IMG/VR virus record: IMGVR_UViG_3300014204_000122
Location: 72,570 to 136,569 of that record
Source of the DNA: a virus
Taxonomy: Duplodnaviria > Caudoviricetes
DNA: 64,000 nucleotides
Reading direction: 5' to 3' (one strand)
Shown here: one piece after another, positions 8,786 to 19,600 of the stretch
Layout: each line of letters opens with the position of its first letter
Position numbering within the stretch: the first letter of the stretch is position 1
Notes under the pieces: model-generated
Databases searched by the model: none
What the model was told of the DNA's origin: nothing
What the model saw: the letters and a program-made list of their open reading frames with translations, nothing else
Made by a program: the position numbers and the translations under genes

Positions 8786-8876
8786 TACTCCAGGTCGGAC
8801 TCGAACCGACAGTGTTTTCTCAATGAGTGTCACCGTTTAAAAGTGATGCGTTTCAACCAAGTTTCGCCACTGGAGC
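8786..8876 (-). tRNA. tRNA-Leu(TAA)
   Basis: TCACT-TTTAAAC-GGTGA. Confidence 0.9.
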
Positions 8877-8895
8877 ATATTTATTTTTTTATTTG

Positions 8896-8968
8896 GGTGA
8901 AAACGGGGCTCGAACCCTGTCCTAGATATTCACAGTATCTCATGCTAACCAATAACACTATTTTCACC
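8896..8968 (-). tRNA. tRNA-His(GTG)
   Basis: AGATA-CTGTGAA-TATCT; G-1:C73. Confidence 0.92.
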
Positions 8969-8977
8969 ATATATTTG

Positions 8978-9070
8978 CGGAAGAAGTAGGATTCGAACCC
9001 ACACACCCCTAAAGGCCCTCGGTTTTCAAGACCGCCGCCGCTACCCTGCAAGCTTTCGGCTTATTCTTCC
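8978..9070 (-). tRNA. tRNA-Ser(TGA), enlarged D loop
   Basis: GCGGT-CTTGAAA-ACCGA; G73. Confidence 0.88.
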
Positions 9071-9084
9071 ATTTTTTTATTTAG

Positions 9085-9174
9085 GGTGAAAGACGAGTCA
9101 CGATCTCGCATTAAGTTGTTACACTATTCCAGAACCACAATCTGGTCGGCATCCAATTACCGGCTACTAACACC
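9085..9174 (-). tRNA. tRNA-His(GTG), atypical (long variable region, mismatched acceptor)
   Basis: CCAGA-TTGTGGT-TCTGG; G-1:C73; GTGTTAG/CTTTCAC acceptor. Confidence 0.7.
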
Positions 9175-9262
9175 ATATATTTTTAAAATAATATTATAAG
9201 CCGTACACTTTTCACAGTCGCTATGGGTTTCAACCATTTAGTACTTATAATATTATTTAAAG

Positions 9263-9346
9263 CGGAAGAAGAGAGATTCGAACTCTCGAAGCTTTTACAC
9301 CCAGTTGTTTTCAAAACAATGTCCTCATGCCTACCGGATTTCTTCC
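9263..9346 (-). tRNA. tRNA-Ser(TGA)
   Basis: ATTGT-TTTGAAA-ACAAC; G73. Confidence 0.87.
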
Positions 9347-9362
9347 AAATTTATTTTTTTTA

Positions 9363-9380
9363 CAATTATTTCAATGAACT
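9363..9380 (-). promoter_or_regulatory. boxA-like antitermination element
   Basis: AGTTCATTGAAATAATTG between terminator and first tRNA; parallels 50360-50376. Confidence 0.5.
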
Positions 9381-9390
9381 ATATACAAAC

Positions 9391-9430
9391 AAAAAAAACC
9401 CTTGATCAATTTATTTAGATCAAGGGTTTT
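9391..9430 (-). terminator. Attenuator terminator upstream of tRNA operon 2
   Basis: AAAACCCTTGATC-loop-GATCAAGGG followed by T8. Confidence 0.88.
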
Positions 9431-9457
9431 TAATATTAACTTTTAAAATTATAGAAA

Positions 9458-9550
9458 TTATCTTTTCGTTAAATCATACCTTGATCCACATCTGCTACTT
9501 GATAACAGGTGTAAATGCGATAACAACGATATGATAACTATTTTTTTCAT
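9458..9550 (-). CDS. Attenuator leader peptide 2, MKKIVIISLLSHLHLLSSSRCGSRYDLTKR (Ser/Leu/His sensor)
   Basis: 12 consecutive Ser/Leu/His codons; GGATCAAGG pairs with the terminator 5' arm CCTTGATC. Confidence 0.88.
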   Translation of the reverse strand: MKKIVIISLLSHLHLLSSSRCGSRYDLTKR

Positions 9551-9554
9551 TTTC

Positions 9555-9653
9555 TTTTAAATATTACTTTTTTATTTATTTATTATTAATATAAGAAATT
9601 ATTTTTGTTTTATTTCTATTTTAATGCTCTAAAGATATATTTTTTTATAATAC
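9555..9653 (-). promoter_or_regulatory. Promoter cassette of tRNA operon 2 (repeat of 6095-6193)
   Basis: 99-bp direct repeat, 3 mismatches. Confidence 0.75.
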
Positions 9654-9678
9654 TAACCAAATTATTTTAAATTATTTT

Positions 9679-10323
9679 TTATTTCATTACATATAGTTGG
9701 TATTTTCCTTTAGGAAATTCTTTAATTTCTTCAGGTGTATTAGCTGTTGCTAAAACCTTAGTTAATGTTCCAACATAGTAAGGATTATAAATTTTTGCTT
9801 TTCTATTATAAAGAGATGGAAGTTTAGTTGTACCATTTCCATCATCAAATAAATATAAATCTCTATTATCTTTTAAATATTCTTCTGTTTTTCCTGAACC
9901 TGATAAAATAATTGTTTTATCATTTCCCACAAGTTTAAGTAAAAAATATGCTGTCTTATTTTGCACAAACTCATTATTTAATGGATTTTGCGTATCAATT
10001 TTACTATCTGAATTTAAACAAGCTATTTTTATTCCTTTCTTTTCTTCTTCTAATATAATACTTTTATTAGATAATGTTGAAAATGCACTTTCATTTAGCA
10101 CTTCAAAAACCAATATACCGTTACCACCAAATTTTGAATTATTTCCTACTAATTGTCCCTCTTCATCAAATCCTAAATGAGACCAACCATCTTCTTCTAA
10201 TTCTTTTTTAAATTCAGGATCTAATTCAACCTCTTCTTTTAAAACTACCTTCTTACCAGATATTCTTTGAATTTTTTCAGTAAGCAATTGTATTTCTAGT
10301 TGTTTTTCTTTTTCTGATTTCAT
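9679..10323 (-). CDS. Tagged hypothetical protein
   Basis: N-terminal tag; internal IILEE. Confidence 0.85.
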   Translation of the reverse strand: MKSEKEKQLEIQLLTEKIQRISGKKVVLKEEVELDPEFKKELEEDGWSHLGFDEEGQLVGNNSKFGGNGILVFEVLNESAFSTLSNKSIILEEEKKGIKIACLNSDSKIDTQNPLNNEFVQNKTAYFLLKLVGNDKTIILSGSGKTEEYLKDNRDLYLFDDGNGTTKLPSLYNRKAKIYNPYYVGTLTKVLATANTPEEIKEFPKGKYQLYVMK

Positions 10324-10327
10324 TATT

Positions 10328-10897
10328 TTATATTTTATTTATTATTAAGTTTTCAGGAATATCAACTATATATTCTCCTGATGTTAAAGGGTCCAAAAAT
10401 AAAAGTCCTCTTGGAGTACTTAAAACTAATTCTTTTCTTTTAGTTTGCGATGGATTTGAAATAAACCCTAAAACTTTTCCTACTTCAAAACTATTATAAC
10501 CATTATATCCTATATATTGGTTTTGTTTAAGTAACCACAAACCTCCTGTTTTATCTAAATTTTTAATATGATCTTTAATACTATTATTAGATGTAAATTC
10601 TTCCTCAAAACTATCACCCATATCAGGATGTACAATTAAAGGATTTTTAACTAAAGGTAATTTAACTTTATAATCAGGATATATTTTTTTAAAATATTCT
10701 AATACTTCAATTTTAATAGGAGTATTTTTTAAATTAATTATTTTATTTTCTTCATTAATATTATCAATAAAATTTTTTATTCGTTCTTCTATTTTAACAG
10801 GTTTGGCATGTTTAGAGTAGTAAACATAATCATCTTCCAAAATAACCTTTTTATTAACAAGGTTTTCTAATTTTTCTATTAATATATTTATGTTCAT
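10328..10897 (-). CDS. Hypothetical protein with degenerate tag and YSKxxKPxKxxER module
   Basis: MNINILIEKLENLVNKKVILEDDYVYYSKHAKPVKIEERI. Confidence 0.8.
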   Translation of the reverse strand: MNINILIEKLENLVNKKVILEDDYVYYSKHAKPVKIEERIKNFIDNINEENKIINLKNTPIKIEVLEYFKKIYPDYKVKLPLVKNPLIVHPDMGDSFEEEFTSNNSIKDHIKNLDKTGGLWLLKQNQYIGYNGYNSFEVGKVLGFISNPSQTKRKELVLSTPRGLLFLDPLTSGEYIVDIPENLIINKI

Positions 10898-10899
10898 TA

Positions 10900-13818
10900 T
10901 TATAATTCGTTATAATTTTCTTCTGCTTTTTCTAATTTTGGAGATAATTTTTTAATTTTCTCTTTTATTTTTTCAATTTTACTATTTAAATCATTCATTT
11001 CTCCTCCTATTTCATTAGCAACATTTTCACCTTCACTTTCGCCACCCTTTTCTATTGCTTGAGGAATTAATTCTTCTTGATCTATATATAATTGTCTTAA
11101 TTCTCTTTTATAATCTTCTAATTCTCTTTCTAAGTCATCCATCTCATATCTAAGATTATCATATTTCTCCTCAACCCTATCTTTTCTGATTTGTTTATTT
11201 TTTTCTATTCTTTCACTTCTTTTATTTGCTATATCATAATCAGATACTGTTATGCTTCTATCAAATTTTCCATTTACAAAAGGAGACCAACCTCTTTCAG
11301 TTCTTATATGTTTAATATCGTTTATAAATTTTATTGTACCTATAGGAATTACTGGTTTTGTATTGTTTTCTTTTGAAAAAACAGATTTTCTAGATTCTAT
11401 TAAACTAGCACTAGAATTTGAATAAGAGAATTTTTTTTCTTCTTCTATTTGCTCATATTCTTCTCTTGTAATGATTTTTGTTTCAACTTTAACTATTTCT
11501 ATATATTCAGATAAATTTTCTTCCCATTTTTCTAACGCTGTTTTTTCTATTTCCTCTGCTTCTTTTTTAGTTAATATAACATCATTATAATCTCCAGCTA
11601 TAATATCACATTGACATCTACCTACACTATCTATCCATTCTGCAACAACAACAAATCCTTTTATATCTTCTATTTTGTTTAATTTATTTATTTCATAAGC
11701 AGGGACTTCTTTAAACCCAGTAAATTTAGGTTGTTTTAATTTTTTAAATTGAGTAGCTTCTAATAAATCATCTTTTTTTTCAACTACATAATATTGATAC
11801 GCATTATCTATCTCTTCAATAGAAGGCTTTGCTTTTTCAGAATATTGATCTCTAGTTATTCCTTTATCATCTAAAGCGTGTATTTTTTTCCAATCTTCAT
11901 CATTATATTCTTCACCCTCTTCAGTTATTACATCATCTTCTTGGTTTTCTTGATTTAAAAGATCTTTATATTTATTAATAGAAATAGGAAATGCTCTAAC
12001 GTTTGAAGTGTTATAATTTTCTGGATTATTACTTTTCCATGTTTTTAAAGCTTTATTACACAGTTCATCTGCTTCTTCGTATGATACACCTTGTTCTGTA
12101 GAGTGTATTATATCCCATTTTTCTTCACCATCTTCTGTCCATTTACATATAGCAACATATGAAGTTTTTATTATATCTTTTAGATTTCCATCAGAAATAA
12201 TAGATGATTCTTCAATAATACCTTTTATGTCTTCTATAATATATTCTGTATAAGATTTTAAATCTATAGGGTTTAACTTTTCAGGTTTTATATTTGTTAA
12301 ATAAGATATTATTTTTATTCCTTTTTCAGAATCTTTTATAAAAGAATCAAAATCAGATATTTTTTTATTATTATCTTTTAATTTTTTTATTATATTTTCT
12401 TTTTCTTTTATAAGAATTTGGTCAAATTCGCTCAAACTAATATATTCTCTTTCTTTTTTATCTAATTCTATTAATTCTTCTTTGGAATTTACTACTGTGT
12501 CAGATATAATACTATTTTTATATTGAACTTTTATTTCTGTGAATGGTTTACCAAATTCAAAATTGGTATTTTCAAAAGCTTCCTCAATTGTTTTTCCTTC
12601 TCCTATTTGCTCTGATTCTTGTTCTACAAAACTGCTTTCGTGATCTCTTACTACAATATTCCATCTATAATTAACCAAATATAAATCTTGATTTCTATTA
12701 TATTCAAAACTATAACAATCATCGTTCTCAATTGCTTCTTGATCTTCATCAGACATAATACGAGGTTTTCCTCCAATTAAATCATCATTATAAGTTAATA
12801 ATGTTTCTATTAATAATTCATCGTTAGAAACAATTTTATTTTTAAATAAATTAGAAGTAATAAAAGAGGGAAGATTATCATATTCTAAATTAATATATTT
12901 TTCACAATCATCAGGATCTTTAATTATAGTCAGTAACAAATTACAACGCTCATCAGAATTTAAAATTTCCCAATCTTTATTTGTAATTAAACTATTTTTA
13001 TTTTCTTCTACAACATAAAGATTATCAGTTTCTTCTGTTAAACTTTTTACCAAAGATTCTTTTACTTCTTTTTCTACATCTTTTTTAATATCTTCAAAAT
13101 TCTCAATAAATTCTTTAGTACAAGTGCCTCCCGTAATTGTAACCCTATCTGTTTGATTATAATGTAACTTATCAGCAGAGTATATATGATCTATAATTTC
13201 AGAAACATCTTTGCCCCATTTTTCTTCTATTAAATTAAAAATTCTAATTAACTCGTCACTTTCTAATTTATCGAACTTCTCCCATATTTCAACTAACCAA
13301 TTTTCTATAGGGTAAAGTTCATCAAGACTATATATCTTGTTAGAGTTTATTGATTCTTCAATAACATCATTTGATTTTAATAAAGCTTTATTTAATCCTT
13401 GCATAGTAATGTCTATATTATCATTTACTGTAAAATTATCACCTGCAATAACATTTGTTCCTTCTAAAACAACAACACCATAACCACTATCACCATCAGG
13501 TTCATTATCATTTACATTTTCTTTTAATAATTCCCAAGCTTTAAGAATACCATTTTCAGTAAACTCTTCTGTTTCTTCACTATAATCACTACCAACATCT
13601 CCAGTGAAATCATAAAAAAATACACATACCTCATTAATCATTTCTTCTAAACTATCGAAAGGTCTAATTGCTACACTTTCATCGTTCCAATAAATAAAAG
13701 AATAAGGACTAGCCTCTTCTTCTTCTAAATATTCAAAACCTTTTACTTGTTTTTCGTTTGTTGTTATATGAATTGTTTTATAATCATAATGATTTGGAAA
13801 ACCTGCGTATATTTTCAT
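10900..13818 (-). CDS. Large acidic multidomain hypothetical protein, C-terminal coiled coil
   Basis: 972-aa ORF, many (L/I)xE sites, internal repeat YVAICKW...WDII / FVVVAEW...CDII. Confidence 0.8.
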   Translation of the reverse strand: MKIYAGFPNHYDYKTIHITTNEKQVKGFEYLEEEEASPYSFIYWNDESVAIRPFDSLEEMINEVCVFFYDFTGDVGSDYSEETEEFTENGILKAWELLKENVNDNEPDGDSGYGVVVLEGTNVIAGDNFTVNDNIDITMQGLNKALLKSNDVIEESINSNKIYSLDELYPIENWLVEIWEKFDKLESDELIRIFNLIEEKWGKDVSEIIDHIYSADKLHYNQTDRVTITGGTCTKEFIENFEDIKKDVEKEVKESLVKSLTEETDNLYVVEENKNSLITNKDWEILNSDERCNLLLTIIKDPDDCEKYINLEYDNLPSFITSNLFKNKIVSNDELLIETLLTYNDDLIGGKPRIMSDEDQEAIENDDCYSFEYNRNQDLYLVNYRWNIVVRDHESSFVEQESEQIGEGKTIEEAFENTNFEFGKPFTEIKVQYKNSIISDTVVNSKEELIELDKKEREYISLSEFDQILIKEKENIIKKLKDNNKKISDFDSFIKDSEKGIKIISYLTNIKPEKLNPIDLKSYTEYIIEDIKGIIEESSIISDGNLKDIIKTSYVAICKWTEDGEEKWDIIHSTEQGVSYEEADELCNKALKTWKSNNPENYNTSNVRAFPISINKYKDLLNQENQEDDVITEEGEEYNDEDWKKIHALDDKGITRDQYSEKAKPSIEEIDNAYQYYVVEKKDDLLEATQFKKLKQPKFTGFKEVPAYEINKLNKIEDIKGFVVVAEWIDSVGRCQCDIIAGDYNDVILTKKEAEEIEKTALEKWEENLSEYIEIVKVETKIITREEYEQIEEEKKFSYSNSSASLIESRKSVFSKENNTKPVIPIGTIKFINDIKHIRTERGWSPFVNGKFDRSITVSDYDIANKRSERIEKNKQIRKDRVEEKYDNLRYEMDDLERELEDYKRELRQLYIDQEELIPQAIEKGGESEGENVANEIGGEMNDLNSKIEKIKEKIKKLSPKLEKAEENYNEL

Positions 13819-13820
13819 TT

Positions 13821-14513
13821 TTATATTTTTTTAAATTCTATCATAGCTTTATAAAGGTTTTCTAAATCAGAATCAGAAAAAGATAAAGTATCAATTTCAT
13901 GATTATGTAATATTTCAACCATTTTGTCAATTTTTTCATCACTTATACTTTCCCAAATAGAGGAATCATAATCTGATGTAGTTCCATCTTCAAACTTTAA
14001 TTTAATTGTGTTATCGTCAACTTTTTGTATAAATTTTCCTGTTTGACCCTGTTTATTAGCTGGATCAGTAGTTAAATTTCTAGGAACTGTTAGAGATTCT
14101 CCTATTTCGTGATAATCAAAAATGTTTTCTTTTAATACTGTTAAACCACTATTTAGTGATTCTTCAAATACCTCTCCCTCAGTAGCATCCTTTAAAAATT
14201 TAATAATTTTTTCTTCAGGTGATAATTTATCAGGTGTTTCACCCATAGCAATATCGTATTTGTCAATTAATTCAGCTTTTTCTTCATCGCTGTTATTTTC
14301 ATTTTCACAAAATTTAATTACTTTATTAAAAAAAATTCTATCATCTTGAAAATTTCCTTTAATTTCATAATTTTTTAAATCCTGAAAAGTGGAATTATTA
14401 TTTGATGATTCTTTTAATATGTCGATTGATAAAACCACTTTCTTACCAGATATTCTTTGGATTTTTTCTGTAAGTAATTGTATTTCTAATTGTTTTTCTT
14501 TTTCTGATTTCAT
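13821..14513 (-). CDS. Tagged hypothetical protein
   Basis: N-terminal tag; internal VLKE. Confidence 0.85.
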   Translation of the reverse strand: MKSEKEKQLEIQLLTEKIQRISGKKVVLSIDILKESSNNNSTFQDLKNYEIKGNFQDDRIFFNKVIKFCENENNSDEEKAELIDKYDIAMGETPDKLSPEEKIIKFLKDATEGEVFEESLNSGLTVLKENIFDYHEIGESLTVPRNLTTDPANKQGQTGKFIQKVDDNTIKLKFEDGTTSDYDSSIWESISDEKIDKMVEILHNHEIDTLSFSDSDLENLYKAMIEFKKI

Positions 14514-14566
14514 TATTAATTAATTTATTTTAAATATTAAATTTTACTTTAAATTATTAAAATAAA

Positions 14567-14887
14567 TTAATTTTCATCCTGATTATCTTCTATTTCATCA
14601 AAAACTTCTTCTTCCACTTCATCATAATCAAAATATTCTTCTTCCTCATCACCATCAACTTCTTCAATTTTTTTTACAACTCTATTTTTAGCAATATCGT
14701 CGCATTTTTTACCATTTTTTTTACACTCAAATTTTAAAACATCTAAATTATCTTTTATATATTCCAATAAATCTTTATCAGAAATTTTATTATTATATAT
14801 TCCTAATAAATATTCAGCAGGAATATTAATTAATTTTCGTCCCTTATAAGGTCCAAAATTAATTATTGAATCATCATCTAGTATCAT
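14567..14887 (-). CDS. DUF3820/exonuclease X C-terminal-like small protein with acidic tail
   Basis: INFGPYKGRKLINIPAEYL motif. Confidence 0.65.
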   Translation of the reverse strand: MILDDDSIINFGPYKGRKLINIPAEYLLGIYNNKISDKDLLEYIKDNLDVLKFECKKNGKKCDDIAKNRVVKKIEEVDGDEEEEYFDYDEVEEEVFDEIEDNQDEN

Positions 14888-15141
14888 TAAAATTATTTTT
14901 TTTGTTTATAAATATAACTTTAATTTAAAATAAGTAATTTTTTTAAATTTAAAACATTGTTATTGTATTTAACTTAAATCTATACAAAATGTATTATATG
15001 AAAATACAATCATTATATTATTTTATGAGCTCTAAACAATTATCTTTCTAAATATGTAACTACATGTCACTTTAAATAAATAAGCTCTTTAAACAAAAGA
15101 TTTCTTATATTAAACAATAAAATAAGGTTTGTATCGTAGTG

Positions 15142-15409
15142 GCGTACCTAACAAATAAAGCGTTAATTTTGTAAAACACCACTTGTTCATGTTCTTGTAA
15201 TAAATAAAAGTCTTGCTCTGTCTACAGGTGACAACAAGGACCTTAAAGCTGGTCATACCAAAATTTTTATTACACCGGTGGGAGAAACGGATGGAAAGGG
15301 TTGAGCATTTATAACCAACGCAAAAATATGGTTATAGAACTTTTTTAAAATTAGAGGATTTTGTTTACACAAAGGCCTTTAGCTTTAAGGGAGAAAACCT
15401 GAGGTATGT
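15142..15409. ncRNA. Candidate structured ncRNA or regulatory/origin element
   Basis: ORF-free, GC-enriched; CCTTAAAGCT(15241)/AGCTTTAAGG(15381), GCGTACCT/AGGTATGT and TATAACCA/TGGTTATA helices. Confidence 0.4.
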
Positions 15410-15452
15410 ATAAAAAATTATATTTAAAGATAAATAATAAAATACAAATAAA

Positions 15453-16313
15453 ATGAAATCAGAATTAGAAAAATAATTAGAAATACAATTACTTACTGAA
15501 AAAATACAAAGAATCTCTGGAAAGAAAATTGTTTTAGAAGAAAGTGAAAAGGATATTTTTGATTTATATCAAACATATCCAATAAAGGGAAATAGAAAAC
15601 TAGGTGTAGTAGAATCGATAAATGGAAAAGATATTGAAAAAAAACAAACAGATAAAATTTGTAGTGATTTAGAAAACTTAGGATATTATACTCATGTTGT
15701 TAAAAATAGATTTGGTTATTATGATATTATTTTTTATAAAGATTTTAACAGTGAAATTGATAAAGCCATTAAGCTTTATAAAAAATACACGAGCTTTTCT
15801 ATGATAGATAAAAAAGACACAATGGATGGATTAACTAAAGATGAACATATTTTTTTAGGAAGAATGTTTGGTATAAAAGAATCAGAAATAAATAAATTTG
15901 TATTTGATATTTTTAATGACGATAACGATGATGAAGAATGGAAAAAAGCTGTTGAAAATTATATAGATGAAAATGATGCTGTTTTAATAAAACCTTTTTT
16001 GGAAGATAAAAGAAAACTTTCGGCTAAATTTGAAATGCAAGGAACAACTATTATTGTAACTTTTAACAAAAAATTTATATTTCCGGAAAATTATAAAGCT
16101 GATTTTTTCTTTATGAGATTAATGGTAACACAATTTAATAAAGGTTTAAAAAAATCAAATAAATTAAAAATAATATCTCCTAATATTATAAGTTGTGAAA
16201 ATATTCCAGGAGAAATAGATTTGGATTTATTTAACGAACTTGTAAAAGAAATAGAGGAAGACCTTATTTGGGCTGCAAAACGATATTTAAAAAATACTTC
16301 AAAAAGATCTTAG
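15453..16313 (+). pseudogene. Tagged protein with TAA at codon 8 of the tag (CAA in other copies)
   Basis: MKSELEK*LEIQLLTEKIQRISGKKIVLEE, then open and in frame with track ORF 15801-16313. Confidence 0.75.
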
Positions 16314-16357
16314 GTAATATTAAAAAGCCTATATTTATATAGGCTTTTTAATATTAC
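16314..16357. terminator. Bidirectional terminator between convergent units
   Basis: GTAATATTAAAAAGCCTATAT/ATATAGGCTTTTTAATATTAC near-perfect inverted repeat. Confidence 0.8.
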
Positions 16358-16368
16358 GTTTATTTATT

Positions 16369-16615
16369 AATTAAAAGGTTTTAACAATTCTTCTTCTGAT
16401 TTTTAAAAACCTCCAACCATTTCATCAGAATCACCCCAAGAATCACTAATAATTTCATCTAAAACATCTTCAGATATTTTCCTTTCAAAAAACGCCTTAC
16501 AATATCTTGCTAATACAGTAAAGTATTTGATAGTTTTTGTTAAAGAAAATCCCACATAAGGATATCCTTTATCACCACTTTCTTCATTCCATTTATTCCA
16601 ATAAGCTATAGCTTT
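16369..16615 (-). pseudogene. Start-less coding remnant
   Basis: KAIAYWNKWNEESGDKGYPYVGF...DEMVGGF*KSEEELLKPFN*, preceded by an in-frame stop. Confidence 0.35.
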
Positions 16616-16628
16616 TTAATAAGATTTT

Positions 16629-19600
16629 CTAAAATTCTAAGTTAATTTTTATATTTAAATCAGCTAAATTGTCTTTTACAATAGGAGGGCTAATTTTAGC
16701 ATATACTAAAGGTAAACTATTAACATTTCCATCTCTATTAGTTATATGAAAAGCAATTTCAGATATTAATTTTTTGTTATGTAAACTATTTCCCTCATCA
16801 AAAGTAGGGTTAACAGATTTATTCCATTTATCCGCTTCTGCTTTAATATTAAATGTTAATCCATATTGAGTTACTTGTTCTTTGTGGGATAAGTTGCCTA
16901 TTAATATATGAGGAGTAGCCATAGTTGTAATTAATTCTGATTCTATTTCGTAAATATTAATAGAATTTAAATAACCAGCTAAATCTACTGTAACTTCCTC
17001 TCCTACAACATAAGGAATTGTATTAACAATTTTTAGATCTTTAACCCCAGTTATATTATAAGGATCCTCAATATCATAATCATATTTTCCTATTATAATA
17101 TTAGCTATCATACTACCCATATTAACACTTGTTATATTAAATTGAGGTAAATTAACTTTAAATAAACTTGTAGCATTATTATAAGACCCATCTTCATTTT
17201 TACTAGGAATAGAAAAATTAAAAGGAATTAATTCACCACACAATATAGATTCACAATGTTCGTTTTCTATATTATAAGTTATAAAATATTCATAACTAGG
17301 TTTGTTAGAATAAGTATAGCCAGGTCTACCAGAAAAACTTGGAGTTGTTAAAAGAATAGGTTCTGTAATCCAGTTAATGTTTCCGTAAACGCCACTAATA
17401 TATTTAGCTACATAAAAACTATCTTGATCTATAACTTTGTATACACATAATATATTATCAGGCGTAGAAGTAAAAATAGAACTGTTAGCGCCTGGTACAT
17501 CTTTAATATAAATAATATCACCATCTTTATAATTATGAGGTTGATTTAAACTAATAATTGTTGTACCGATTGTTGTGTCGTATCTTATTTCATTAATAAA
17601 ACTAACACCAGTAGGGGTTATATTTGAAAAAGTTTCACCTGCAGTTATAGGTAATAAAGTATAATTTCTATTAGAAGAATATCCCAACGCTAAAGTAATT
17701 TCAGTATCAAAAAGTAAAACAAGATTTAAATCATGTAATATGTATCCAATTTTTTTAACACTATTAAATAAAGTATATAAAGGTGAATAATTACCTAGAG
17801 AGTTATTATCGTTTTTTAATTCATTTATATTATTTACAAACCAAGCAGGTTCTACTCCATTGTTTTTTTGAATAATTAAATATGGAATTTCTAAAGATAT
17901 ATTTTCTGCTATGGTTATTCTATCTTTAATTTGTTCGTTTAAATTAAGTACTGTAAAAGGCGTTTTAAAACCTGTTATAACTGGTAATAAATCTTGAAGT
18001 TGACTTTTTATTCCAAAATATTCTGATCCTTTATAATTTATATAATTTTTTTTACTTGAGGTATTATCCCCCAACATTTGATCTCTGTGTATTTCACGTT
18101 GTTGCCATAAACTATTATACAAATCTTCAGTATTCCAATTTCTATTTAAAAGAATAAGTAAATATTTACCACTTCCAACAATATTAATGAAATTTTTATC
18201 AACATCTATATCAAAAGTATTTCCAATTTGTGTAACACTAGTTATTTGATAAATATATGTTTCTTGATTAAAAAAATAAGGAATATTATTAATTCCATCA
18301 GTTCCAGAAGAAGCTCCTAATATTTCGTTTGGTAAATATTGAACTATTAAATAAGAACCATCAGTAGGAACAGTATGAACGTCTTCAATAATTATTTCTT
18401 TTATTATTTTATCAGATTCTATTGTTAAAGTATCATATAAACCAATAGGGGTAGTGTAAACTTCATTCCAAAAATATTTAGTAAACTCAAAACTATACGA
18501 ATTACTTACATATGTATCAAACATAGGAGCATTTATTAATGCAGATTCTAAAAAAATATTAATTGAATTTTCTGTATAAGATAAAACTTTATATTTTCCT
18601 GTCGGAATTACAACAAAACCTCCTATTTCTATATCTATAGGAATAGTTATATATTCAAAAGAGTTATTGTTAAAAACTTCTCCTGTATATAATATTTTAA
18701 CCTCATAATTTTCCCCTGTAGTCTCATCAATTAATTCAGTAATTTTATTAAAAAAAATAGATTTATAAAATATACCTTTTTCTTTTAAAGGAGAAGATAA
18801 TATATTTTCATAATTAGAACAATTAACAGTTTCTCCATAATAATTATTAGTTAAGTTTTGTTCTAATATATTATTTCCTTCAAAATAAACTCCAAAGGGA
18901 TATAAATTATGATAATTGATAGTACAATTTCCTAATAATTGGCTTTTGTGTAATTTTAAAAATTTTAAATCTGTATTTTGAGCTAAAATATTACCATTTA
19001 CTAAAATTGTTATTATATCAGAAGATCCTAATACTATTTGACCTTGAAGATATATTTCTGCCATGTCTTTAAAATAACAAGTATCTGCTGGATATTCAGC
19101 AATTAGTTCTACTTTCCAATTACCTTGAGGTAAATTAATAATTTGATCAGTAGTATAATTATATATATATTCTTTATATATAGTATTAGTAATAATGTTT
19201 TTTATAATATATTTTACATTATAAAACCTTGTTAAAAGATTTTTACAATCACTTAAAGAAAGTTCATAAGTATGGCTTCCTTGCACAAATTCATCAATAT
19301 TTGTTATCCCCGTGTTACTAATATTATCTAAACTTAAGGTTAGAGTTGAAGTTTCGTTATCTATAATTGAAAGAGATGAACGTTCTAACGTTTTTATTTT
19401 AAAAGTAGGTAATTTAAAAGATGTTTTATAAACACTACCAACTTCTCCATAATAAGTTGAGAAGCTATTATTTATTATAACATATATATGTTTTATATTA
19501 GGACCTGATTTAATTGAAGAGGCCCCTATTAAGGGAACACCTATTACAAAAGTATCAGATGAAGAAAAATTAACAGCCCTCCAAGATGAAGAATTTGAAA

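Noticed and set aside
8783-9405. Plus-strand ORFs 8783-8989 and 9223-9405
   Set aside because: Antisense to tRNA genes
15474-15476. Stop-codon reassignment (recoded phage)
   Set aside because: Structural genes are full length in the standard code, TAA and TAG both end genes, and no suppressor tRNA is seen; this is a single isolated TAA
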